NCBI GenBank assembly: GCA_951406725.2
Contig: OX597826.1
Span: forward strand, 2,604,001-2,668,000
DNA length: 64,000 nucleotides
Direction of reading: 5' to 3'
Source of the DNA: Octopus vulgaris
Taxonomy: Eukaryota
Both the position numbers and the translations under genes were made by a program. This document shows positions 39,319 to 55,110 of this stretch, one piece after another (position 1 is the first letter of the stretch; each line of letters begins with the position of its first letter). A model generated the notes under the pieces. The model saw only the letters and a list, made by a program, of their open reading frames with translations, made no database searches and was not told where the DNA came from.

Positions 39319-42136
39319 TTCACTTTTCAAAATTTTACAATAAAACTCTCAAGATGTTTGAACAGATCTCAGATTATGCTTATTTACTCGGTAATACAAT
39401 CAACACTGCAGTTTTGATACAGCCCAGATATTACAGAATGGATTACTCATTGATTAAGGCAACAAGGAAGCTGCAAATCTGCCGCTTAATCTGCTAAAAT
39501 TAGCAGCCATATTTCCTTCAATCTTGCTCGTAGACTGCGAATATGCAATGAAAGAAACCTTGAATTATGAATTCTTATGTATCTAAAATACGATATACTC
39601 ATGGCTTGATATTCGTAAGTCCTTGCTCGGATCAATAAGATCTAAAATAAAAACAAAACTAACAATTGTTCACGTCCAATTAATTGTTTAGTAATATATT
39701 CTTTACTTCGCAGTAACGCGTCTCTGAGCTTAATACACGCACAAAAAAACAGACACACATGTACAACCCACCTCCATCTCCTCACATATGTATTTTACTT
39801 GGGTTGAAGAACATTTTCTGGATTTGATCTCGAACACTCGTCTTTGAGAAGCAGATTTTGCTTCCTTATGGGTGTATTTTTCTCAGTGAGAGATCCTTTA
39901 TAGTGTTGAAGATGACATTTCTCGCTGTACCGAAGGTTCTCGCAGTGTACTTCGATTTCAGGGTTTCGGGTGGCGAGTGAAGATGTTTTCTCTATGCATA
40001 TGTGTTTCGTGGACTGACACAGTAATGTTGAACGAGGAAACATGGTCCTTAATTAGAACATCATTTTGGGGTTCAGTATAGATTTGAAAGAGGGCGTCAA
40101 TGTTTCTTTTTAGAGAAGAATCTATTTTCGCAGAAATTTAAAACGAAATAAATTTATCTATCATCTACTAATGAGTTTGCGTGGGTAGAGTTTGAAGCAC
40201 ATATATACCCACAAGGGTAGCGGGAGGAAGTAGATGAAATGCGGATAATTAACCGCATCGCCACCAGGCCAGTAAAATCGTAGACACTGGAAATTCACAA
40301 TAACAAGAAAAAAGGTCATTAAAAAATGTAGAAAAAACGAGAAAAATTTATTTTAAAAACAAACTGAACTTCGTCAGACGCGTAGGATCATTGACTTATA
40401 CGACTTCTGTTGCTTTTTCCAAAACTTGTTGAGAAAACGCAAAGTTATTCCAGACAGCATTTCAGTTGCTATATTTAGCGATGTAAGTTTTATTGTTTTT
40501 TAATTTGCTGGTATGTGACCTTAGCCTGTAGGAATAATTGAATGAAGCAATAGGAAGTCGTGTCTTTGTATATGTATATATATGTTGTTGTTTTATATTT
40601 CTCCTTCAGATATTATTTTGTTTTCTTTTCAGCTACTAATTAACATGATCATTATATATGACTTTATATACTGATTTATTTTAATATTCTGCTGTTTGGT
40701 TAATTAGCTGTTTATCCTCGCGTATTTACTCACAAACCTACACATTTGAAGGCAGATAGAGGACAAATATGAATTTCTTATTGTCTGATGAGAGGCCACT
40801 TTAACCTTGCCTATATTAAAGCTGAAGATTTATTTGTAAATATATCGTTATGGCAACAGAACATATAAATATATTTACTATATTATTGAATAAAAAACGT
40901 TTTAATCTGAAAAAAGAAAATATTATGGTAATATTAATACCTGGTTTATATTGTTTTTCTGCTTCTCACAACTAGAAGCATACAGAAGAACGGAACAATC
41001 ACTGTCATTAATATTATGATAAATATCCTTCACCTCCACCCTTCCCTTAATCACCTTAAACATCAACATTCTCATTATCTTCATAATCGTTACATTCACC
41101 ATCATTCTCATCAACATCAAAAATGCCGCTTCCACTGACACCTTCAACAGTACAAACATCAGCATCAACCCCACCAAATCTACTACAAGCATCATCATCA
41201 GCAGCAGCAGTTGCAGCAGCAGCAGCAGTTGCAGCAGCAGTAGCAGCAGCAGTAACAGCAGCGACAACAACATCAATAACCCATAAACACTACCACAACA
41301 AATCCACACATACAACAATAATATTTGGATAATTAATTTCTAACCCTCGGTTTATCCATATCCCTCTCTGTCTGATATCTATGTTCTTCTGTATCTATCC
41401 TTCTCTTTCCTTTCTCTATTTTCTAAACCTTTCTGTATCTCTATCCGTCTGTCGCCCTCTCTTTCTCTAACTTTCTTTCTGTATATCTTTGTACTTCTGT
41501 ATATCTCTTCTACTTTACGTCTCTCAAGCCTCCATTTAAATCTCTATCTTTTCTCTTTTTTACTCTGCACATGTCCCCCTCTCTAACAATAACATTCGTT
41601 CGTTCTCATAACCCCTTGTTTCTTCTTCATTAGCCTGTTGCTAAGCACAGTTTTCAGTGTCTGAACAAGAGTAAAAAATATAATATGCCTCAAGTTTTGT
41701 TGCTGATTTCACAGTTAATATTTTTATATAATTTGTTTATTTTTATTTATTTAATTTTTGTTTTCCATATTTCAGTATTAAACATACTATATAAAACAAC
41801 CATTTTCTCGACAGGAAAAAAATGAACAACATATATAAATAAAGAGAAAAAGAAACTGAATTCATGAAAAATAGAACTTAATATATATATTTTTGCTGTG
41901 TATTTTTACAATTATCTTCATATTATTATTCTTATTTCTTCATATACATACACATACACATACATATATATATATGTATATATATATGTGTATATACATA
42001 TATATATATACATATATATACATATATATACATATATATACATATACATACATATATATACATATATACACACATATGTGTATATACACACATATACATA
42101 TATCTATCTATATATCTATCTATCTATCTATCTATC

Positions 42137-42220
<84 letters not shown>

Positions 42221-42241
42221 TACGTACACGCACATATATGC

Positions 42242-42285
<44 letters not shown>

Positions 42286-42614
42286 GTTCTGTGTATATTT
42301 TTATGATCCTGTTTTGTAATCAGAGACACAACGACAACCTTAATGTCTAACCGTTCACGGACCAATAGTCAATAAACAAGTATTATTTTGTTCTCATACA
42401 CTACTAATGAGTTGAAAAAAAAGAAAGTAAATCAAATGAAAAGGCAAAGAAATTCAGCAAACTCCTATTGCCTAACAAAACTCATAAATCAATTCATAGA
42501 AGAAGAAACAACGAACAGAAAATTAACGTATAAATGTATAAATTTATAAATAAATAAGAAATGATAATTATTATAAGAATGGTAATTATTTCTAGCATAG
42601 GCACCGGAATACAA

Positions 42615-42698
42615 GAGGCCGGATCTGGTCGGTTTGAGCAGAAAACTCAGGTAGAATGTTTGGCCAGGATATGTCCATTTGAGATGCTAAACGTTTAA
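42615..42698 (-). mobile_element. Possible end of a TTAA-flanked (piggyBac-like) MITE
   Basis: Minus strand starts TTAA|ACGTTTAGCAT; partner end not found. Confidence 0.25.
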
Positions 42699-43033
42699 GG
42701 GAAGAATTACTCGTTTATATCTCCCCCTAGTATTTTTATAGGTAATGTCTTTCTCGATTACCGAAAGACTTCAATGTCGTGGTTGATTTTTGACTATACT
42801 ATAAAAAAAAAAAATAGAAGGAAACTATATATTACCTAGGTATATGGCGTCTTAGTAAATGCTGACAGAGATTAAAGGTGAGAAATTTTCGTTCGGTACG
42901 GGATAATTATTTAAACCGATTCCAGTTTTTAATATTTACTGTATTTCATCGATCCAGGATGAACGGCAACGTTAACACTGACGGGATATGAACTTAGAAC
43001 GTAAGCACCCGGAACCAACACTTGTTTTTAATA

Positions 43034-43474
43034 TACTCTTTTACTCTTTTACTTCTTTCAGTCATTTGACTGTGGCCATGCTAGAGCACCGCCTTTAGTC
43101 GAGCAAATCAACCCCTGGACTTATTCTTTGTAAGTCTAGTACTAATTTTATGGGTCTCTTTTGTCGAACCGCTAAGTTACGGGGACGTAAACACATCAGC
43201 ATCGGTTGTCAATCGATGTTGGGGGGGAGGGCAAACACAGACACACAAACATACACACAGACACGCTCACACACACACCCACACACACACATATATATAT
43301 ATACATATATACGACGGGCTTCTTTCAGTTTCCGTCTGCCAAATCCACTCACAAGTCTTTGATCTGACCGAGGCTATAGTAGAAGACACTTGCCCAAGGT
43401 GCCACGCAGTCGGATTGAACCCGGAACCATGTGGTTCGCAAGCAAGCTACTTACCACACAGCCACTCCTACGCC
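43034..43474 (-). mobile_element. SINE family A, full length
   Basis: GGCGTAGGAGTGGCTGTGTGGTAAG head, GGTTCAATCC B box, CACCTTGGGCAAGT, internal microsatellite, (GTAAAAGA)n tail. Confidence 0.95.
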
Positions 43475-43489
43475 TACACGTATTAAACA

Positions 43490-43780
43490 CAAATTTCTCT
43501 GTGGTTGACTTTGCGTTTCATCCCCTCGGGGTCGATAAAATAAATACTACTTGATACAACTTTCGGTTTAATTGACTTAAATCTTCCTCCAAAATTTGAT
43601 ACCAATATACGTATAAAATCTATTTTATCTGCCAATTTATGAAATTAGCTGATATCAGAATTTCATTAATCCTTTATTTTATCGATCATCGAGAGATGAA
43701 ACTCAAATTTGATACCCGTAAGGTTTGAACTCAAAATATAACGAGCTGGGGGATGAAATACCGTCAATTCTGCCAACTTC
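43490..43780. mobile_element. Two degenerate family C SINE fragments in opposite orientation
   Basis: GACTTTGCGTTTCATCCCCTCGGGGTCGATAAA (+) and TTTTATCGATC..GATGAAA..TTTGAACTCA (-). Confidence 0.65.
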
Positions 43781-45229
43781 CCCAACCTAATGTACGGATA
43801 AGGAAAGAATTTTTGAGTGGGAAGGCGTAATCCATAAACTGTATTACGTGCAATATAAAGATATGACAGGGAATACTCTCGATACAGTAGAAAATAAAAA
43901 AAGAAAAAAAATGCTTGTTAATGCTTTGTGTTTTTTTTTTGATTTTTTTTACTTAATCTGTATGACGATAACCAGAGTGAAATTACTGAATAGAAAAACA
44001 ATCCTTATAATATTCGCATTGCGAGTAATTAAAGAGAATATATGAAGAAGTTTATACAATCAAACTATTTAGTACTTATAATTGAGCATAATGTCATTAA
44101 ACTGACGCTATTAGGCAGACAATTTTATTAAATATCGCACAGTCTCCCAACCAACTTGCAAAACTATGTCCTGAATTTTCTGCACTACAACGACGAGAGA
44201 AAATGAATTCAGATTTCTGTTTTCGTCCGCGTTCATTAGTCTTTACTATATTCACTGAAACTATTTGTAGCGTATTACCGTTATACTATCTGCCATCAGT
44301 GGTTAATTACGCCACCTAACAGTCATTTCGGCTAAGCTTTTGAAAACTCACAATTTGGTTTACTGTGGTATGTTCATGTTCACATCGTTGTCTTTGAGAA
44401 ACCCAGGTTGCATCTATCAAACTATTTTAAAGGGATATATTTCACTATATTTAACAATATTTAACAATTCTCTTCATCTTATTAGTTGATGTAATTCCCA
44501 CAATTACCCGGTCGATTACAATATCTATTCCGCGCATCTTTACTCATCGATTGATTAACTTCTTTAAATTACTTTTCCATTTCTTAAATATTGCTGACAT
44601 TGATGATGCGATTCTATTTTTTTTTTATTTTAGGGAGAACCGTCACCAATTGTTCTATGCTGTTATAAAAACGTTTTGAGCCATTTCGTCTTTTCTGTAA
44701 TCATTTCGTGTCGAGTAAGACAGATTTAACTTCTACCAACAGGCTCTTGTCTATTTCGTAGAATGTCCTAAAGAGGTGAATGTATTCAGTGTAGGCGATT
44801 ATTCGAAACGCGATACAAATTGTGCTAATCTTTTCGGTTAACGTGTTTGTCCCAAGGATCTCTGCGGTTTGTCTACGTCTGTATAGGAATATGATGAGAA
44901 AGAAAGCGATACTTGTAAAACAAGTTTCTTAATGTGACTATGTTGATAACAGCGAATTATAAAGGAATTCCATTAAATCACGTGAAATATGTCCGCTGCT
45001 TCCTTAAACATAGTTCCTTTAGAAAACGACACAGTTATCTCATAAAATTATTTTATGATAAAGTGTATAATACAATAGAAATAAAAATTTTAAATAGAAG
45101 ACATCAATAAATCTCATTATCTTAGTAACACAAACTAACAAACTGGATCCCAGTTACGAGCCGTTCGCTTAAATGTAATTAACAATAAATATAAATTACA
45201 AAACGCTAATGAATTATATACACACTCAT

Positions 45230-45289
<60 letters not shown>

Positions 45290-46098
45290 GTATGTTTATA
45301 TATATATATATATTTATACATATATATACATATGTATGTTTATATATATATATATATATATACATACATATATATACATATGTATGTTTATATATATATA
45401 TGCATATATATATACATATATATATACATAAATGTATATATATATATGTTGCACACACGCACTAACAAACACACGCGCACACACATACACTCACAAACAC
45501 ATATATTGCTTATATATATGCTTATGTTTGTGCGTGTGAGTGAAAGAGAGTCCACTTTAAAGGGAACCTTAATAAGAAAAATTATTATATAATCTTCGAA
45601 AGAAAGATCACCGAAAAAGAAAAGTTTATTAAAGTGAAATGAAAAAAAAAGTCTAAAAGATGTGTAAAAGTAACACTATGAAAAAAGTAAATTTTTTTCG
45701 TAATAAGTAATAATTAAAAAAATATTGATAATCAAACAAGAAAATATATTTTAAAATAAAATGAAGAAAAAAAGGGAAATGAATGTGGATGATACAAAAA
45801 ATATCATTTTTTTTTTAAATGGAAGATCTGAAAAGAATTAAGAAAGAAAACATTAGGAATAAGAAGGAAAGAAATATGAAATTTATCAGGAAAGTTGGGT
45901 AACTAGATTGAAAGAAAAAATGACTTAAATTCATGAATAATAGAATAATGAAAGTATGACAACAAAACTGCAACGGCCAAAAATGATGTAAAGATATATA
46001 TATTAATAAGTAATAAAACAAGGATAAAATAATAAAAATCATCAAGAGAAATAAAATACAAGAAACACACAAAACAAAGCATCAACGTAATCTAGAGC

Positions 46099-46145
<47 letters not shown>

Positions 46146-46452
46146 AAATATTCAGACATAGAGAAATCAATAGGTAAGTTATAAAAAGGATTTGATCGGA
46201 CAATTTGAATAAAAATCCCATTAGTTTCTTGGATGACAAAAGCTGGCTTTAACATTATTGAATATACAACACGAGCAGGCCATTATCAGCTGCTAAAATT
46301 TGCAATGTATGTATGTATGTGCGTATATGTATATGAGTGTACTTATATATATATGTTTTCATATACATATAGATATACATGCATACATAAACAATAATAT
46401 ACATTAAACACACACGTATACATGCGTACATACATATATATGCGTGTGTTGG

Positions 46453-46503
<51 letters not shown>

Positions 46504-46516
46504 TATGTATATATAC

Positions 46517-46550
<34 letters not shown>

Positions 46551-46889
46551 GATATATATATATATACATATTTTTATATATATTTATATATATTTTGATA
46601 TATATATTATAGTAATGTGAGACAGAAAGAAAAATAATTGACGCATGGAGAAAAGAAGTAGATAATTAAATATTTTTAAATAGCTGTGTGTATGAATAAT
46701 CTTATATATGCGTGTATTTGTGGTTGTACGTGTGAGAGCAAATATACCGTGTATAAATACATACATACATACATATTATATATATATATATGTGTGTGTG
46801 TATATGTATAAATATATATATATATAAATATATGTATGTATATATATATATATATATATATGTTTATGTATTTTGGTATATGCACATCC

Positions 46890-46943
<54 letters not shown>

Positions 46944-47353
46944 ATCGAACGTATTAAATACGTTCATAGTTTTTGAGTCGCAAACTCGTAGGCACAACGA
47001 TACCGACCAACACACATTGTACACATACGGATATGAAAGCCTACGCACTAGCACAAAGTCGATATACACGAATATTACGATGCATTAATACGTATGATGA
47101 CATACAACCTACACATACAACTTCAGGCAGAAGCAGTCATTATAAGACCCATATAGAAATGTTAAAACCTGCTTATTATGCATAGCTTAAAGATAACATT
47201 GAATATAGAATAAAATATCTAAAACAATATACACATAAGCAAAGCATGTATACATATATTTTGCGGAGGTTTATGTATATACATAATTATGCAAATATAA
47301 AGATGAGAAGCATACGCACATTACACTGAACCACAAACTTACGCAAACACACA

Positions 47354-47401
<48 letters not shown>

Positions 47402-47554
47402 AATATTTATACATATAAATATCCTTATGCTTAAATATATATACATGTATATACATACACTTATGTATATAATATGTAGGCATCTATATATATATATGTA
47501 TGTATATATATATATATACATATTTATATACATATAAGTTAATATATATACATA

Positions 47555-47621
<67 letters not shown>

Positions 47622-47872
47622 TTGCTAATAATCGTGGGTCTCCATTCTTTTTGATGGTTTATAAAGGCCAGATAATATTCAGAGCGAATGAATGGCGTAT
47701 GTAAATGAAAACATTCAGGAACAAATCTTTCTCAAACAGCAACATTAACCTACACTCTTCCTCCTCCCCGTTTCTCTGCCCCTCATTTTCCTCCTCTCTG
47801 CCATCATTGTCATCGTCATCATAACCATGGCCATTTATGCTGATCAGCATAACAATCAGCATCACACTAAAC

Positions 47873-47955
<83 letters not shown>

Positions 47956-48045
47956 GATAATAATAATAATGAAGATGGTGATGATGATGATGATGAATGA
48001 TGGTGATTATGATGATGTTAATGATGATGATGATGAGGAGGAGGT
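47873..48045. repeat. (TAA)n/(GAT)n microsatellite
   Basis: Direct observation. Confidence 0.97.
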
Positions 48046-48411
48046 GGAGGGGGAAAAACAACGTCATCGGACTTCTATTTTGTAACGTATTCATGCTAAG
48101 TGTCAACAGAATCGTGGGCGTTACGTTCTGCGAGTTATAAAAATTAATTAGAAAAATCGTCATTAAAATATCTACAATAAAGTCATTATAAAAATGCCGC
48201 TATCTAATCAAATGCTACACATGAATAAAAAAGCCCACCGGTAGGGACTGAACATTGTGGTTTGATCTGCTAAAATAGCAGTCAAATCACACACGACTTC
48301 ATTAATTTCTGTTCGTTTCTGTTTTTACTGTTCTTGACTATCCGAATTGCGTTGAAATCTAAAGAAATATATTCCAGCAACATATAATTTATGTTTTTAC
48401 TATATCAGTTA

Positions 48412-49069
48412 CTAGCAGTAATACCCATCGTTCATCGGATAATTACTTCTACTCTTTCTCAGGAGTCACATTCAAAGTATTATTATATATATTATAGATT
48501 TCTCAACGGGGATTTCAGGGGAGAGTTTCAGGGAGTCGCTGGCGATGTATCGTGTTCAAAAATCCGGCCTGCTAAAATTTGGTTAAAGTGATTCAAACTG
48601 CAGACTCAACGCAAAATGGTCACATTTAATTCAAAGCGTTAAAAATGTTATGAAAACAATTGGTATGTGTTCACAAAGTCCAAACGATTAATACGAAAAA
48701 ACCCTCCAGGCTACATCCTGAAAATTCATTTCTTTGCCGAATTTCTACAATATTTACGGCGATTTGTTTTTATATCTTGATTTTTTTTATTTTTCATGCA
48801 ATTTACGCATGCTTGCACGCGTGGTGAACACAGTTCACGTCAAACAGCTGACTGAGTAAAGTTCACTATTCAATGCATGGGATAAGGCCTAAAGAAACAC
48901 ATTATCGATTTTTGCACTTGCGAGATTAATTTCGGAACAGAAATAGCACAGTTCAATTTTCATTCGCCTAACCTTTAAGTGACCCATTTTTGGTTAGGAG
49001 GAGATGTGCCGGGAAGTTAAACACACAGACACACACACAGACACACAAGTTGAGTTTTATATATATAGA
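48412..49069 (-). mobile_element. Non-autonomous Helitron
   Basis: Minus strand 5' A|TCTATATATATAAAACTCAACTTGTGTGTCTG; 3' decayed hairpin then CTAG|T. Confidence 0.75.
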
Positions 49070-50089
49070 TTTCTCATTACGTTATGTACATTATCTAATA
49101 CATTTCTCCTTGTACTTAATTACTGAAAGACTAAGGAATTATATCTACCATATCAAATTATCATGTAGAGGATCCCTCTATATGATAACGAATCAATGAA
49201 TTAAATTCTAAACGTCTCATTCGATTGCACCATGAATGAAGACGACACTGGATAATATAGACGGATAGTATTCTGACTGAAAACCAAAATGGCAGAATAT
49301 TGTCTGTCCTGTTATCTTAAGAGATGACTCCCTCACATAAGTAAGGCTCTTTTAACGATAGCTCAAACATAACCAATAATGACCATAGATAAAAACTATT
49401 TGCCGCTGTATCGAATGCGGTAATATATGTTAGCATCAAGTTCTCGCTAACATTATCTATTAATTCAATATTACCGCCAGCGGTGTACCTGTGCACCTTA
49501 TCGGCTCCATCTTCATCGGCATTACAAATACCCTTAAAAAGGTCATTATAAGGGCTTCTATATAAGGTCACCCGAAACAGGTATTGTACCAGCCAAGTTT
49601 GCCTTCATTGAGACCTTAAATTACTAAAATAGGAATGACAAATATCAAATTTAATAACGCTTTATGCAAAGGCTCAAATTGATATGAATGACCATTCGGA
49701 TCAACGATCTGATCATAAACTACATAATCATGGCTGATCTGGTGTTAGACAACAGCCGTTTAAGAGAAATATCTCTGGAAATATTAGTAGTTTTTAAATA
49801 CGCTATTGCACCATAAATCAGCTTCATTGTTGTACTCAATACAAATGATTTGCAACAGAAGCAGAAAATCAGAAATTAAGAACCAGAGAAATAGAGCTAG
49901 ATATGTGTGCCTGAGTGTACTATATTTTATGCCCTCCTCACACTTATCGTGAATGCTTGTAACGCAAGAGAACAATACCACCACAAGGTAACTTGTCCAA
50001 CGCGCTGACGATTTTCTTAATTGACCACCGTAATACTGGTAAAGAAATAACTGCGACTGTTATTTAATAATTATATAAAACTTTGACAC

Positions 50090-50195
50090 TAGGCCAGCAG
50101 TCTCGGGAGAGGGGATATGCTGATTACTCGTCCCCAGAGCTCAACTGGTGCTTGTTATATCGACCCCTAAAGAAGGAAATGTAAAGTCGCTTTCC
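50090..50195 (-). mobile_element. SINE family C fragment
   Basis: CCCCAG..CAACTGGTGCTT..ATCGACCCC. Confidence 0.6.
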
Positions 50196-50278
50196 AACTG
50201 TGGTTGGTGGAAAATCATCATCAAAAATACACACTATAATATATACATATATATATACATGTATATGTGTGTGTATAC

Positions 50279-50324
<46 letters not shown>

Positions 50325-50346
50325 GCATAGAAATATATGCATGTAT

Positions 50347-50557
50347 GTGTGTGCGTCTTTGTCATTCCATCGGGTCGTTGTTTTTACGTCCCCGCAACGC
50401 TCCTTAGCAGTCTGGCAAATGAGACCGATAGAATACGCAGTAAGCAGTAGGCTTGAAATATAAGTCCTCAGCTCGATTTCTACGACTTGAACCCTTTGTA
50501 GCGTTGATCCAGCATGGCCGAACACAAATGACTGATACCAGTAAAAGAATAAAAGAA
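50347..50557 (+). mobile_element. SINE family A 3' half
   Basis: GAGACCGATAGAATA...CCAGCATGGCCG..CAAATGACTGA..GTAAAAGA. Confidence 0.85.
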
Positions 50558-50797
50558 TATATCTATATATCTCTCTCTCTTTCTATATATAAAAATAGAT
50601 AGATATGTGTGTATGAGAGTGTGTGTATTGGAGTGTACGTGTGTGTATGACAATATAGAAACAAAATTTTGATCCCTATATATATAGGCATGTATGAAAT
50701 TCTGAGTGTGTCCTACAGATTGCTACTGGGATGTGCGTAAAGCAATTATTTTAAAGAAAATTAACGTATGATAATATTTCATCTTCTAAGTAAATAT

Positions 50798-51121
50798 GTG
50801 AGGGCGCGTGGCTTAGTGGTTAGGGCATTCGGCTCATGATCGTAAGGTTGTGAGTTCGATTCCCAGCGACGCGTTGTGTCCTTGAGCAAGACACTTTATT
50901 TCACGTTGCTCCAGTCCACTCAGCTGGCAAAAATGAGTTGTACTTGTATTTCAAAGGGTCAGCCTTGTCACACTCTGTGTCACGCTGATTATCCCCGAGA
51001 ACTACGTTAAGGGTACACGTGTCTGTGGAATGCTCAGCCATTTGCACGTTAATTCCACGAGCAAGCTGTTCCGTTGATCGTATCAGCTGGGACCCTCGTC
51101 GTCGTAACCGGCGGAGTCTTT
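50798..51121 (+). mobile_element. SINE family B (tail type 3), full length with TSD
   Basis: A box TGGCTTAGTGG, B box GTTCGATTCC; 11-bp TSD TAAGTAAATAT at 50787-50797 and 51122-51132. Confidence 0.95.
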
Positions 51122-51189
51122 TAAGTAAATATAGTCTTTAAATTTATTGATTTAATTTCCTATTCATTGACTAATTCAGACGGATGCAG

Positions 51190-51271
<82 letters not shown>

Positions 51272-51692
51272 GATATAGATATATATATATATAAATGCAT
51301 GCATATATATTTACACATTGATAGAAAGCGTTGGGTTTCAAATATGGAATAATTTGCGTGCGAGGATTCGATATTGAAACCCTTCACCAAAAGAACAAAA
51401 ACAAAAAAGAATGGAATGGTAAAATGTGGAAAGAATGGTGAAAATAATTAAATATAATGAATATATGAAAATAATAAATATATATTAAGTTATAGTAATA
51501 TCTATCTACAGAGATAGACACAAACAAAATTTAAAAGTTTAACTGGAATCATGGAAGACAGAGAAGAAACAAAAAGCGGTACCATTCAGGTGAGTTTGCA
51601 ATATAGTTATAAACTCATTGTACATTTCAACTTACACGCACGGATATATATATCGAAATTATGTATATATATGTGCATGTCTACCAATATAT

Positions 51693-51730
<38 letters not shown>

Positions 51731-51740
51731 AAATATATAT

Positions 51741-51804
<64 letters not shown>

Positions 51805-51974
51805 AAATATATATAGTTATATAGATATATTTAAATATATATATATGTGTGTGTATTACATATAGTAAAACTCTCTTGGTAGGATAACAAGATACGATTA
51901 AAACTAGATTAGTGCTATCCGACTAAAATTAAAATAAAGCATAAGTATAATACATAAATACACACACACACATT

Positions 51975-52062
<88 letters not shown>

Positions 52063-52560
52063 GCGTGTATGTGTGAGTGTATTTACTAACACAATCACAT
52101 CAATCTACCTATCTATCTATATACTGTACATATAATGATGATAAGGATCTTATGTAGACAGAAATTATAGTAAAGGTGTAAATATAACGTGATATATTAC
52201 TACCTGATTTTGATGGCTATTTACTTCTTATTTGAATAAAAGTTACCACGAAATTACTGCAAAACTTTTACATCGAAATTCTGTATAGATTGTCTGCTTT
52301 TTAACAAAGGCTCTATTTATCAGAGATCAGTAAAATTGATATAGTGAATCTGTTAAGTATTAATATAGCCGTATAGCAGAGCCAAAATATGAGGAAGTTA
52401 TCTATTCGAAACACTTTATTATTTGTTTATTTTACCATACAAAGTAACGTTACGCATACACACACATACACCTATATATAAGTAGATAGATAGATAGACA
52501 TATAGATAGATATGCATATGTGCGTGTATGTATATATATAGATATTTGTGCATATGCATG

Positions 52561-52600
<40 letters not shown>

Positions 52601-53154
52601 AGTGTGTGTGTATACAAGTGTGTGTATATACATGTAAAATGTAATTATTTATGTATTGGCGGAGACGGGTATATGAAATAACACACAACAGAGATTCTTG
52701 ATTTATTAATATTATATCTGTCTGTCGATGATGTGTATATATTTCCAATTTGCAATTGAGAACTTCTCAAAATGAGAGACAATCTCAACAGTGTAGAATT
52801 CTCAGACGTAAGTATGTTATTAAGAAATAGGAGAGACGTATTGGAATTATGATGACTCGCGCCATTGCTTGAGTAGGCGTCGTATTTACGACGTCTGTCC
52901 AACAGTGAAATGGCAGCTAAATTGCAGTTTGCTATAGTTTTGTCAGGATAGGTGTTACATCTCGTGAGGTAGGAAATAGCCTCCGTTTGGGTTTTTCTTC
53001 ATGAAATGAGCGTAAGAATTGGTTTCTGGTTTTAATGCGGGTGGGTGGATGGTAGGGCGTGGTATTGGACGAGCAGACAGTCATGAGGTGTTGTTAGCGA
53101 CGGTTTACGTATGGCAGTGATAAACTGAGCGACAGAAATACACTCACACACACA

Positions 53155-53226
<72 letters not shown>

Positions 53227-53230
53227 GAGG

Positions 53231-53269
<39 letters not shown>

Positions 53270-53540
53270 GAGATAGATAGGTAGATAGATAGACAGGCAG
53301 ATACAAAAATAGGTAGATAGATATGTACACATGTGTGTATACATACATACATACATACATATATATACATATATATATATATATCTTAGGAAAGCCTTTT
53401 TCTGTCGAGGGTTTATATGCCCCTTTATTAGACTATTTTCCATAGTCATTGCATAAACGTTGAGCTTGTATAAAAATACCATTATTATTATGTACACGAT
53501 TGTGAAAACGGCGCCGTAGAAAGGACCATTCGCTTCGAAA

Positions 53541-53615
<75 letters not shown>

Positions 53616-53640
53616 TATAAGTATATACATACATATATGT

Positions 53641-53685
<45 letters not shown>

Positions 53686-54908
53686 GAAATGAGGTACTCA
53701 GAAATCTGGATGGTTTTATATTTACAGATATTTATTAGTATACTGCATGTATTTATAAATCATATATATATATATATATATGTGTGTGTGCATATCTCTC
53801 TATCCTACTGTCTGTTTGTCTGTCCTTCCGACTCTCTTTCTACCTATCTGTCGCTCTGTCCTACTGTCTGCCTTTCTGTCTATCTATCTGTTGGTATGTG
53901 TGTGTGTGTGTGTTTATATATACATACATAGATATATGTAGACATGCGTGTAACTGCTTATAAATGCATATGTGCATATATGTTTGTTTGAGTATGTGTC
54001 TGTGTGTGTAAATATGAATCTATGCATACATATGTATGTGTGTGTATTTGCGTGTCTGTACGAGTGTGCGCGCGTGTGTATGTGTCTGTGTGCGTGCGTG
54101 TATGTGTGTGTGTGTGTGTATCATCTTTCGGGTGGGAATATCATGGATGTATTAGTATTTTATTGCTCGCCCACAAACTGTGCGTGATGTGGTTAAAATT
54201 TAGAGGACGGCGTTCGCTTCGAGATAAATGTCATCAGGTACGTGATGTGTTCCGAATATTTGTTTACGATTTAAAACCTGACTGAAAAATGAACGCTATT
54301 CAATACAACAAAGAATTCGGTAGATATTTTTAAATATTTAGTGATTACGAAAATAACGCATTTACATAAATTATGTAAATTATTTCGGTACTTTGGCAGA
54401 AGAAAATACAAATTAAAAAAATACAGGCATTTTTATTTACTCTTCTTCGGGGATTTTTCATGGAGATCAACTTCGAACGTATATTGGACAGATTGCATGC
54501 CGCCGCCCTACTGAATAATACACACTCAAAAACACTTTCGCTATCTTTATATTGAAATTTATCGACATTATTATGAAATTATGTGATTATATTTCTGTCA
54601 GGTAATAATAAACACTGACAAGTTAGGCATGGTTTCTGAAATATTCAGAGATATATATGCCGATAAACACACATATACGCACATTCGCACGCGCACGCCA
54701 GCATCCTCGCGCGCGCACACACACACACACACACTGTCATCCACAATCACAAGAAGGAATATATGTATATATACATACACATATAGATATATATGTGCGT
54801 GTGTGTATATATATATATATACACATATATACATATTTATTTGAATATGTGTGTATCATATCTATCTATGGATAGATAGATAGATAGATAGATATGATGC
54901 ACACACAT

Positions 54909-55110
54909 GTACAGGTATAGCTCTGCGGTAAGAAGCTTGCTTCCCAACCACATGGATCTAGGTTCAGTCCCACCGCATGGCACCTTGGGCAAGTGTCTTC
55001 AACTGCAGCCTCGACCTGATCAAAACCTTTTGAGTGGATTCAGTAAACGGAAACTGAAAGAAACCCGTCGTATATATGCATATGTATATATTTGTGTGAG
55101 TGTGTCTGTG
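54909..55110 (+). mobile_element. SINE family A 5' half
   Basis: GGTTCAGTCCCAC..GGCACCTTGGGCAAGTGTCTTC..GGAAACTGAAAGAA. Confidence 0.9.

Noticed and set aside
39795-40140. 82-aa minus-strand ORF and neighbouring open frame
   Set aside because: No recognisable domain or clean splice signals
40785-40830. CTGATGAG-AGGC..GCCT as a hammerhead
   Set aside because: No GAAA/UH segment or convincing stem I after the hairpin; at best a heavily decayed remnant
50798-50870. tRNA gene calls at A/B-box sequences
   Set aside because: They are SINE heads continuing into repeat bodies with TSDs; no full cloverleaf
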